From positions 87,110,001 through 87,174,000 of the forward strand of contig CM060731.1 in the NCBI GenBank assembly GCA_030704615.1: a DNA stretch of 64,000 nucleotides, in the 5' to 3' direction. The translations under genes were made by a program, and so were the position numbers. Of the stretch, positions 36,255 to 47,773 are shown piece by piece. Source of the stretch: Takakia lepidozioides (Eukaryota; Plantae; Bryophyta). The number at the start of each line of letters is the position of its first letter. The stretch's first letter is position 1. A model generated the notes under the pieces. The model was not told the origin of the DNA, made no database searches, and saw only the letters and a list, made by a program, of their open reading frames with translations.

Positions 36255-37920
36255 GGAATTTCCAACGTAGAGGTAATTCGGAGCGCTGCACGATGGAATT
36301 CCGGCGCCGGATTTCCATCCTGCAGGTAATTCGGAGCGCAGCAGGATGGAAATCCGGCGCCGAATTTCCATCCGCGGAGGAAGGGCGGCGGTGGAAATTT
36401 CCCTCATGCAGGTAATTCGGAAGCGCGCGGATGGAAATCCGGCGCCGAATTTCCATCCGCGGAGGTAGGGCGGCGGTGGAAATTTCCCTCATGCAGGTAA
36501 TTCGGAAGCGCGCGGATGGAAATCCGGCGCCGAATTTCCATCCGCGGAGGTAGGGCGGCGGTGGAAATTTCCCTCATGCAGGTAATTCGGAAGCGCGCGG
36601 ATGGAAATCCGGCGCCGAATTTCCATCCGCGGAGGTAGGGCGGCGGTGGAAATTTCCCTCATGCAGGTAATTCGGAAGCGCGCGGATGGAAATCCGGCAC
36701 CGAATTTCCATTCGCGCAGGTAGGGCGGTGCGCCGAATTTCCCTCCTGCAGGTAATTCGGATCCCGGATGAATGGAAATTCGGCGCCGAATTTCCATCCA
36801 GCAGGTAAGTCGAATCCCGGATGAATGGAAATTCGGCGCCGAATTTCCATCCAGCAGGTAAGTCGAATCCCGCATAAATGGAAATTCGGCGCCGAATTTC
36901 CATCCTGCAGGTAATTCGAATCGGTGCCAAATGGATATTCGGCGCCGAATTTGCATTCGCCATGTATTTCTGAGCGTGGAATTACCTTCGTGCAGGTAAT
37001 TCCCAGATGAGAATTACCTTTGTGCAGGTAATTTCCAGATGAGAATTACCTTCGTGCAGGTAATTGTGGACGAAGAATTCACATCGATTGGAATTACCTG
37101 GAGGAAGGTAATTCTCATCTGGAAATTACCTGCACAAAGGTAATTCTCATCTGGGAATTACCTGCACGAAGGTAATTCCACGCTCAGAAATACATGTCGA
37201 ATGGAAATTCGGCGCCGAATATCCATACGGCACCCATCCGACTTACCTGCTAGATGGAAATTCGGCGCCGAATCTCCATCCACCCGAGATTCCACTTACC
37301 TGCTGGACGGAAATTCGGCGCCGAATCTCCATCCATCCGGGATTCCACTTACCTGCTGGATGGAAATTCGGCGCCGAATTTCCATCCATCCGGGATTCCA
37401 CTTACCTGGAGGATGCAAATTCGGCGCCGTTTTCCATCTGTGGAAGTTTTTATGTCGGCCAGTTTTCGGTCTGACCCCCCGACAAGACTTCCTTTGGGGG
37501 GGCCCGGATGGAAATTCGGCGCCGAATCTCCGTCCATGGGATGTTCTCTGTCGCACACTCGCCGGCCTCTGCGCCCGAGGCGACTTCATCCGGGCGTCCC
37601 CTGTTCGATATTCGGTGCCGAATTTCCGTCCGGGGGTTGAAATGTGACGGCCAACTGCAGGCCACTCCCCCCTCCCCGACTGCATCCGAACCGCCCCGGA
37701 TGGAAATTCGGCGCCGTTTTTCCATCTGGGGATGTTTTTATGCCGTCCAGTTTTCGGCCTGACCCCCCGACACGACTCCCTTTGGGGGGCCCGGATGGAA
37801 ATTCGGCGCCGAATCTCCATCCAGGGGATGTTCTCTGTCGCACACACTCCGGCCTCTGCGCCCGAGGCGACTTCATCCGGGCTTCCTCTGTTGGATATTG
37901 GGTGCCGAATTTCCATTCGG
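36255..37920. repeat. Family B central array of GGAAATTCGGCGCCGAATTTCC with 85-bp tandem units and a long inverted repeat
   Basis: Units start at 36429, 36514, 36599 and 36684; perfect 93-bp arms at 36961-37053 and 37104-37196. Confidence 0.95.
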
Positions 37921-38219
37921 GGGTAGTAATGTGAGGGCACGGTGCCGGCTTCTCCCCTTCAGCCGTCATCATCCGGACGGCCCCCCACTTTCTGACTGCA
38001 TACCGTTGGCAGTTATTGCGCAAAGACCAGGGGCCGCATTCCGGAGACAAGGTTCATTAACACTCTGACTGTGGATTTTTGAGATAGTTGGCTCCCTGGA
38101 TTTGGATCAGGCTTCGTCGCTCGGACAAATCGGCATCGCATTCATTCCCATCGCTGCACCCCCTTCTACCAGGGAGCTTCCCCGCACGCCATCCTGGCAG
38201 TCTTGTGTGCACATCTCCC

Positions 38220-41200
38220 ATGGCGGAAAACCCGAGCGCTACAGTGTACTGCCCTCCTCACGAGCATAGAGCTTCATTTCCGTGCAGAGGGGACACCTGC
38301 CGGGTGATGGAGAAATATCTGTGCGTTCGATACCACCTGAAACCGGGGTCGGTTTTTTTGGAGGAGGAAAGGAAGGACTCAAACGGCCTTGTTGTCGAGA
38401 GTATTGTTGTGCTCCACGATGATTTCGGCGATGGCAGGGAATGGCGAGTTCCACCATCGGACAGCGTCATATACAGGGCTGTTGGGGACTTCATTTGCCC
38501 GCCAAATGCACCGTCTATCCTGGCGCCTTCCACGAAACAATCCGCGAATCAGAGAGTGGGTACCTCAAAGAGAGAAGTCCGCAACGAAGTAAATCCAGAG
38601 CCGAACCCATCCATGAAGACGACCGAGAACCGGGTTGTTCACAACCTGTCCGACTCAGACGAGGTCATGGAAGTTCCGAGGTCGTCCTGGAGATCAGGCA
38701 AGTCCTCAATGGACGTCAGTGGAGGAGGGAGTCATATTCCCAGCACGAGCACCGCAGTTCGATCTATTCTAGAAATTCTGCGAGGGCTTCACCTGGAGGG
38801 ACACCGGTCGGAGCTGGCCGGGCTGGACTACAGCAAGTTCGCAATTAAATCGGTTACATGCCTTCCCGCCGACGTCGACGGTAATATCTTCTTTGAGTTC
38901 CCTCCTCGGGCGGACTACTCGAGGGCGTCCGGAATGTTGACAGATATGGATAGAAAACATGACGGTCATCCTTGGTGCGTTACCAAAACCACCAGCATGA
39001 AGATGCTTGATGGTGTGCGGGTGCGCTACGTTGTTTGTGCGGGCGCGTTGCGGTGTTTCTCCCCAACTTGCTTCCACTTTAAATCCAGAGGTCACAGGAA
39101 CGAGACCGATTGGACAGGCACAGCTCACCAACCATTTCGAGCTCAGGAGAAGGTTCCGAACTCCACATTTAAGTGTGCGCATTGCAAAGAACCACCACAC
39201 TGCATGTCTGTTTGTAATGCCAAGCAGTTCTATGTGTTGCACCGTTTCCCTGACCTCACCCGAGCTTGCATACACGTTGGTTCCCATTGTCACAAATTGG
39301 CGAGGGGGAACTCGCGGGAGGCTGCCCACGAAGCAGAGCAGCTCGTTCAGGAGGAGGTTAAGTTGAGACCGGGTGCCAAACCCAAACAGATACAGCTCCA
39401 AGCCGCCCATAAGATGGCATTGGCCAGAATTATGTCGGAAGACGGCTCCGATAGAGTTCCTCTCGACGAGAAGGAAATGGAGGCATTGCTGGAGTCGGTG
39501 TCCCACGTATGTTCACCGAATGTCCGAAACCACATTGTCTCATGCAAACAGAAAATTGGGCGTGGCTCGGATATGCACTCCATTCTGGAGGTGAAGCGAC
39601 GATGTGGATATGACTACATTCATGGAAGTAGGTTTCCAGGACAAGGGACTGAGGCAGATCGTTGTTTCGTATTCAAAATGTCCACGTGTGGACCTGGCAG
39701 TGGCGTCGAACTGGTCGACAGGATGACGAGTGGGAACTTGTCAAACAGTTGGGTCATGTTCGACCATATCAAGCGAATTACAAATCACCAGTGGGTGACA
39801 ATGGGTGCACATGTCTACGACACCCACTGCAGGATGCTAATGACAATTGCTATTTGTGAGATGAAAGGAGAGGACACACAATCGGAGATGCTTCTTTGGC
39901 AGGGAATAAACGAACAGATGGCCAAGGCGGGATTGCCCCCTCCCAATTTCCGTGGTTTCATGGCGGACAACGCACAAGCAAATTGGGCTGCCATCCGAAG
40001 GGTGTACGGGCAAGACCCCAATGTTCCCATGGAAGGCAAGGAGAGATCTTGTGGGTTCCATTTTCTGCAGAGCCTTTCGCAGTACACAACCAGGCTCGTG
40101 GCGCCAGATTTCAGAGAGGAGCACCGTTCCATGTGCCTTGCGTGGAAGCGCGCTCCCACCTTGGATGATGCAGAGACACAGTTTGCATGCATACGGGCTT
40201 GGTGGACATCGTCAGGTGCTGTAAGGAAATCAGACGAAGGAGCAATGGTCAGTTGGCTAGCATGGTGGCATTATCGTTTCCTCCAGTTCGGCGACTATAT
40301 GCGGGAGGTGAGTTGCACGAATTCGCGTCCCGTTGGATATTATTCTTGGCCATATTTGTAACTTGCTTGTAACCTCAACATGTGCTTGTGCAGGAAATGT
40401 GTCTCGACTCCGACACCGACATGCCCACGACAAACATGGCCGAATCAGTGCACTCTTCCTGGCGTGCCTCCTCTGCGGCGCATCTGGTGGACATCCTCAC
40501 TGCCACAACGGAGGACATTGTGAGGTCAATTATGCAGCAATGCAGGTACAACGAGTTCTTGAAAGGGAAACAGTGGGGCTTGGGGCCGGACAGGCAGGAA
40601 ATGCTGATGCGGACTGCCTCCAGATCGAAGAATCCTCGGAAGTGGGCGGCGGCCTTGCGAGAGGGCCTTCGGGACACGCCATTGCTGCGAAGAGGCCAAC
40701 ATTTGGAAGGAGATGTTCATACCCGTCCAGTGAGACGAAGACTTGACGAGGCACCTGGCGGAGAAGAGGATTCATGGCGAGCTGACAAGAATATTCGCAC
40801 GCTCCCTCGTGGTCCGGTGATGTTGTCCGAGGAGGTCTCGTCGAGCACCGGAAGTCCTGCACGTTCAAGATCGCCATCTCCTTTGAGCACAGGGCGCGTG
40901 CCCCGGCAACATAACGAGCCATCTGTAGTAAAGCAATACAACATTCCCATTGTGGAGACAAGAGTGTCGGAGTCACAGTGGAGAATTGCGAGGACATTGC
41001 CGGCATTTCGAGGGAAGTGTTGCGCCATCCGGGTGGATACGAGAGCACGCTGTGGTGAGATGATTCGGAGGAACCCACACGGTGCTGTACCTGCACCTTG
41101 TTTCAGCGGCAGATTTTTGACTCCCACATTTGCTCACGCCACAACGCAGACATTTTGGTTCTGTAGGCACGACATAATGACCTGTGTATTTGGCAAGCCC

Positions 41201-41812
41201 AAGTACGGGATTCAGGGAATGCCGGAGCCTCCGGGCGTCTGGCCTGTTGCACCGGGTTGCAGCCTCTCTCAGAATGAGGCGGATGCTCTATCTGCAGCAG
41301 GATTTCGAATGGTGCAACGCACAGACATCCCGGCCCACGCATTTCCGGTTCCTCAGACCCAGCCATTGCAGACTGCTCGGTCCAGTAGAGACGGATTGGA
41401 CAATTCTGCACATCCCACAATGCGATTCGGAAGAGTGAAGAGACGACACCCTCCCAACAAGTTGAATGAGACTCGGATTGCCAATGCTCTTGGGATGGCT
41501 TGCACTATTCAGAGCTCCGTGGACGTACCCCCACCCGGCCTTGGGCGTGTGTATCGGATGGCAACGGCCGGCTCGGCTGTACGCGACGATGTATACACAA
41601 TTACGATTGGAGTGGAGCCGACTTGCAACTGTACGGACTTCTCGTTGATGGAAGCAAAGAAGGGTTCGAAGTATTATCCGTGCAAGCATCTGTATTACAT
41701 TTACCTGAAGAGGTTGAGGATGAACGTGACTATTGATGACTTTATTCATGCACCGGCGTTGAGCGTGAACGAGCTGCACAAACTCCTCCTTAGGGATTCC
41801 AGAAATCATTGA
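38220..41812 (+). CDS. Intact MULE transposase, family B (GCM-like domain, DDE, SWIM), ~1168 aa, 2 exons
   Basis: Exons 38220-40307 and 40394-41812 joined in frame by a GT-AG intron. Motifs VMFDH, FMADN, CGFH, TNMAES and SWIM CNCTDF...CKH. Confidence 0.92.
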
Positions 41813-41969
41813 TGGGGCAAACGGAATCCTCCATATGGATATTTTCAAATGCATTTTGCTGTATCAGACTTTTTTTTTGCAGTGTAATGAAATGCACCCA
41901 AAACTCCTGGAATGAGGCAATATTCCATTCAAACTGAGATCCAACAGAAGCAGTTGTGGGGCCATTTCT

Positions 41970-42330
41970 GGAAAAATGGCGCCGAATTTCTCTTTTTGGG
42001 GCCGAAAACTCGCTAAGTCCCAACATGCACTGGTACCTGTGTTTGGGAAAATGGCGCCGAATTTCTCTTTTTGGGGCCGAAAACTGGCTAAGTCCCAACA
42101 TGCACTGGTACCGTGTCTGGAAAAATGGCGCCGAATTTCTCTTTTTTGGGCCGAAAACTGGCTAAGTCCGAACATGCACTGGAAAAATGGCGCCGAATTA
42201 CCTGTCATGAGGGGACCTATAGCCGTGGAATTCGGCACCATTTTTCGCCAGAGAGACCTATTGCCGCGAAATACGTCGCCGTTTTTTCAGGTTACGGACC
42301 CTATTACCGCGAAATTCGGCGCCATATTTG
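41970..42330. repeat. Family B subterminal palindrome array
   Basis: GGAAAAATGGCGCCGAATTTC variants at ~41970, 42046, 42119, 42181 and 42311. Confidence 0.85.
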
Positions 42331-43334
42331 CACATGTCGCTGGGAATTGGCATGAGCGGAAGACGAAATTTCATGAGCACAACTGTCAAAAGTGCAATTT
42401 TTCCTTCAAGGGGCCGAATAATATATTTGTTTTTCCTGACACATTGCATTAAATTATTGTTTTTTATTGTTTTTTATTTTCGAAATTTGTACTTCTGCTC
42501 ATGAAAACCGATTGTGTTACTACTCTGCTCATGCCGCTCATGCCGCTCATGCCGCTCATGCTCATGAAATAGCAAACCTCCCCTGACCCAGGCCTTGCAG
42601 GGTGTGGCCTTATGAGACGTACTTCGCCGGCTGCCAGTACACGGCAGGCTTTATGCCTTCTTTGAAATTCGGAAGTGCCGTAAAAATCTATCTCGAGTCC
42701 AATTTCCAACAGTACTTGCAAATTGGCAATAATTGTGATGCTTCACACATTCATCCACGTATGTTGTACTGCCTATCCTGTGATTTGCAGTTCGCCGTCG
42801 CTGGCGCAATGCAGTCATTTCGGCATAAAGCTTGATGTCGGCAATCATAATGTGTTGCGTACCTTCGTGCTAAGTGTCCCCTTGAGTGTCAGTGTTTGTG
42901 CTATGCTCTTCTGGCACAGCACAAACAAATTTGACTCGGGGTATCCTATTTATTGGACTCGTGGGGCCATTGTCGTCTTTCCATAATGGATGTCTTCATA
43001 TCCTTTGCAAGGTTTGCTTTTCATCCAAACACAATACGGCTTCTTGTAGCTTCTTGTCTTTGAAGACAGTTTTTCTAGTTGGTGTCTCTCAGTGTGGCTG
43101 ACTACGGAGTTCGGTGCAAACTTTCGCCGTGCATGTCATTCTTACATCCATTGCATGCATTGCCCGCAGTCTTTGGGTCAGTGCTACCCTTATTCACCTC
43201 AGTTCGTTTGGGGTGGATCCCATTTTGAGAATTACGGGCTATCAGTTCGGGGGACCCTTTGTGGATCGCAACTTTGGGTCAGTGTAGGAAACATGTAGGA
43301 GAGAGACAGACTTGCTCAATTTCATTCCAATGCA

Positions 43335-46300
43335 GGTAGTCTTCCACTGACTGCCACTGCAGATGATGATGGGTTTGCAGTTGTTCATGAGGATGAGCTG
43401 GTTATAGTGTTCCCTCCGGAATTGGGTTCTCTACTTGTTCAAAAAGAGGTGTATGACGAGGATGGGAATTTGGATTCTGGGCACTTGGAGAAACCATTGG
43501 TTGGCGAGTGTGGAAGGAAGTGGAGAGTCCTTCCAGGCACATACTGAGTCCTTGGAAAAGAGAGAAGACAATCAGCAGGATCAGTGGTTACCCCTGGCAC
43601 TGCAACATCGGTCGTGCAGCAGAAGGGCACAGTTCATATGAAACAAGAGGTGAGCAATCCACTACATTCGTGACTCTTTCAGACTCGTCCTCGGAGGATG
43701 TTTCTGAGATTCCTCCGCCAGTGCAGACTCCATTCTTGGATGATGACGAATTGCAGGAGATAACGAGTATCATTCCGAAATTGAAAGCCCTCGCAGGGGT
43801 GCCTGGGTGCAAGAGCGAGCTGCGTTTTGTTGATTGGGAGTCCCTTCGGGTGCAGCGGGTTCAATATGTGCCAGCAGAGTTTGATGGGGACATCCTGTTT
43901 GAGCTCAACCCTCCCACGTCTTCCAGTGGACTAGTTGGGCTTCTGCAGGGCATGGACAAAAAACATGACGGGCACCCTTGGTGCAGGACAAAAACATCGA
44001 ACATCCACAACAACATTGGATTGAAATTTCGAAGGTCGGATTGCGTTGGGCATTGCAAGTGCGTGAATATTTCTTGCCCTCGCCTGAGAAACAGCGCTAA
44101 ACCAAACGAAAGTGAGTGGGAAGGTGTGCCCCTGAATCCTTTCACCCTAGGGCTTTGCCCCTCCCAAGACCAATACTTTTGTGTGCAGGTTCTGCAAACT
44201 TGCCCCGTCTAGTGTTTCTGTGTGCCACACTCGTATGTACCAAGTGGCACACCGATGCAAGACAATGACTCGTGCCTGCATTTATATGGGTACACACGAG
44301 CATCTTGTGTCGAAGGGAAGTTGCAAGGATAGCGTGGACATCGCTAGAAATCTGCTGAAGCAGGAGTTCCACAATGCCCCTTGTGCATCACCTTCTGCTA
44401 TAGCGCTTGCAGCTAGCAAGGCATTCCTGGAAAAACACATACTAGGTGAAGGGGATGCGACACAACCAATGCTAGATGCAGATTCGCTTGATGTAGTGAT
44501 GGACCATTTCTCCGTGTTGAGCTCTCCCAATATTCGAAACTAGGTGAATGCACTCAGAATGGGCACAGACAGTGCTGGATTCATGGACAACATTATGGAC
44601 CTCAAACGGAGGAGTTGCTATGAATTCATTCAAAACAGTATCTTCCCTGGCCAGGGTTCCTCCAAGGTGTATTTGTTCAAGATGTCCACAGTGGGCGAAG
44701 GCAGTGGTGTGAGCATAGTCCGCCGAATGCAACTTGGAGGAGATTTGGCAAAATGTTGGTTAATGTTTGATCACTGCAAATGGGTGAAGGGTTGGACAAC
44801 CATGGCGTGCCATGTATACAATCCAGCGTACCAGCGTGTGCTTTCCATAGCAATTTGTGATATGCAGTCGGAGGACATTGAATCCCAGATGCTCATGTGG
44901 AATTCTTTCCTGGCCGTCATGCAGCGCAATGGAATGCAGAACACAAATTTTGCGGGCTTCATGGCTGATAGTGCACAGACAAATTTCAATGCAGTGCGGC
45001 GCGTCGTTGGTTCGGGGGATCCTAAGGTCCCAATAGGAAATAGGGAGCACACATGCCTCTTCCATTGGAGTCAATCTCTGGCATGTCATACGAAGCGCTG
45101 CATTTGCCCTGACCTTCAGTTGGAGCACAGAAGGCTCTGCCTCAAGTACAAAAATGCCACCTCAATGGGAGAAGCTGAGAGCACTTACCAAGCAATCCGG
45201 GCTTGGTGGTTCTCCTCTGGTGCTGCTACTGGTATCCACCTGAAGGAGTTGGAGGACTGGTTGGTTTTCTGGCACTTCAGGTACAGACAATGGGGAGCTT
45301 TCATGACGACGGTAAGCCTCTTCAATCCCAGAAACACAAATTTCACTTTGCATCGTGCCTGTTCCTTTGTGGTTGTTGGATTGTCACTTGCAGAATCTCT
45401 TCCATTTCCTTTCATTCCTCACATTTGCATGCAATGCCTCCTGCAGGACATGTCCTTGGAGGACTTGGCTGACATGCCTTCCTGTAATTTGGCGGAGTCT
45501 ATTCACAACGCCTGGATGCAGCAGTCAACCAAAGTAGGACGTGACTTGTATGTGGCCACTGCAGATGACATGGTGCGGGCACTTACACAACAAACCAGGT
45601 ACCGCAATTTTCTGATGGGACGGGGCGGAGGTAAGGGCCCTGATACAACTTTGTTGATGCTAAGGGCTGCGAGCAGATCCGGAGATCCATGAAGATGGCC
45701 AGAGCTCTGAACAGGTGCACTGAAGGCTCCCCTTTGCAATCCAGGGTCCCCCATTTGGAAGGCGAGGAAACATTTGGATCATGCAAAAGGAAATTGAACA
45801 CTCATCCAGGGTCGGATGGAGATTCCCATCGGCCGGACAGGGTCAATTTCTCTCCACCAAAGGTGTCTCCGGTGCAAACTAAGTCATGTGTTGCTTAGTC
45901 AGTCCCCCCCTTCCCAGGTGGGTCCTCTTCCAGTGGAGCAGGTGCAAATCATGTTAGCACAGCAGCAGGAATCCCATTGGAGGAGGTGGTGTCATTGGTG
46001 CATGAATCTGATTGCATTGACAGTGAGTGGCATATAGAACGCACCCCACCAGGATCTAGAGTGGCTTGCATGGCAATTCGGACCCCCTCTTTCAAGAATT
46101 GCAAATCAAAAATATGCAAAGGCTTCAGGGGGACTCCAGCTCCAACATTCACAAGGTTGTTCCGACCTTATCATAGTGGGGAGTCAAAGGACCACAAGTT
46201 CTGGTTCTGCCTAGACGATATGGCACGATGCGTCAACGGAACAGTTCGTCCTTCGGTGATAATGAAGCCCCCTCTCCCCGCAATTTGGCCTGTGAATCTT

Positions 46301-46870
46301 GGGACATCGCTGTCATCAACCGAGATAAGCATGCTGGTGGAGGGAGGGTTCCGTCTTGCACGGTCTCGGGTAGTGCCCTCATGCACTCTGGGCACAAATG
46401 TGCCACATGCTCCGGCAATGCCTCCACCCAGTGCCGACTCCCACCCAACAAATAGAGATGGAAAAATAGTGCGCCGTGTCGCTTCGGGTGCAGATCACGA
46501 CTGCAAGATGGAATCGGCTGGAATTTTGCATGCTCGGGTGACTCGTATCACCGTAGTCCCTGCCCCGGGGTATGGACGGATTTACACAGTGTTGTCTACT
46601 GGCTCAGTTCTTCATGGCAAAGAATATCAGGTTACCGTGGGGAATTTTCCTACGTGCACTTGTCCGGATTTTGTAACGATGCGTGAGGGCGCTCTCGGCA
46701 TGAGAGGGAAGTGGGTCCCCTACAAGCATCAATATTACATATACCTTGTAATTATGTGCTGCGATGGTAAGAGAGACCAATTCATTCACCAAGCCACACT
46801 AGGCTACGGAGAAGTCATCACTCTTCTGCAGCGGGACACCTCGCGTAGGGCTCCGCCAGATTCTCTTTGA
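43335..46870 (+). pseudogene. Divergent MULE transposase (probably family C) with stops and frameshifts
   Basis: DKKHDGHPWC, LMFDHCK, FMADSAQ, CLFH, CNLAES and degenerate SWIM CTCPDF...PYKH. Intron at the same position as in A/B (~45312-45447); in-frame stops at ~44541 and ~45690. Confidence 0.88.
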
Positions 46871-47037
46871 ACACATACGAGCCATGCCCACTTCCCATGC
46901 TGGTTTCTAGGTTATCGTGTGAAGACTTTGCATTTAGGACAAACACATACATTTCGTTCACGGAACCAGGGCAATTGCACATGCCATTCATTGTAAGCAT
47001 CTATCTGTGAATTGAAATAAAGTGTGTCAATCATTCT

Positions 47038-47773
47038 GAACTGCTGCTAGTGGACGTGGGTGGACTCCATCGGAGAGACGTATACTCCTGAAGGAGTGCG
47101 CTCCTCTTCTCCATTGTATGGGGACATTCGCATTGGTGTGGACGACGAAACGTGAAGCTTTCCATATTCGATGGTGGTATGATTGAAGGGCACGACATTG
47201 TGGTGAACATCAACAGGGGCGGTACAACGGCTGCAATCCAGTTTACCTGGAGGAGCCCGATGACTCATGAGCTAGTTTTCAGAGCAGTCGAAGTCCCATT
47301 GACAACGTGACTTGTATTCAGAAGGCACAGGGCTAAAGATTTGTTTGCACAATCAGCACAGTAGACGTGCTTCAAATGCAATTCATGTGGATCAATAAAA
47401 ACCCCATTGTGCCCTCTTTTTGTTCTATTTTGTATCCATCGTTCCCAGAATGCATCATTCATCATTTCGTTTGGGATTGGGAGTGTGGGTGGATTTTGCA
47501 AGTGGCTGGTAGGCTGAAATGGGCCCCCATTGTATAGAGCAGTACCACCCTACCATTCGCGAAACACTGTCTTTCAATATGTAATTCTAAAAAACATTGC
47601 CGAACCTCCTTCATCGGGAGGTCCTTCTCCCCCTATGACCGTGACACCCTAAACCCTATTCCCGCGGACACTCATTTCCGGAAAATAGTCTTGCTCATGT
47701 TTTTTTCGACACTTACGACTCTGCTCATGGCTCATGCCGCTCATGGCTCGTGGCTCATGAAATAGCAGCCCCC
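47038..47773 (+). mobile_element. Family A copy 2, right fragment with TIR
   Basis: Colinear with A1 12232-12961; resumes at the base after the 26912 breakpoint. Confidence 0.92.

Larger units (their letters stand above)
29681..42580. mobile_element. Complete MULE-like transposon, family B (12,900 bp)
   Basis: Termini GGGGGCTGCTATTTCATGAG and CTCATGAAATAGCAAACCTC; exact 8-bp TSD CCCTGACC at 29673-29680 and 42581-42588. Confidence 0.95.
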
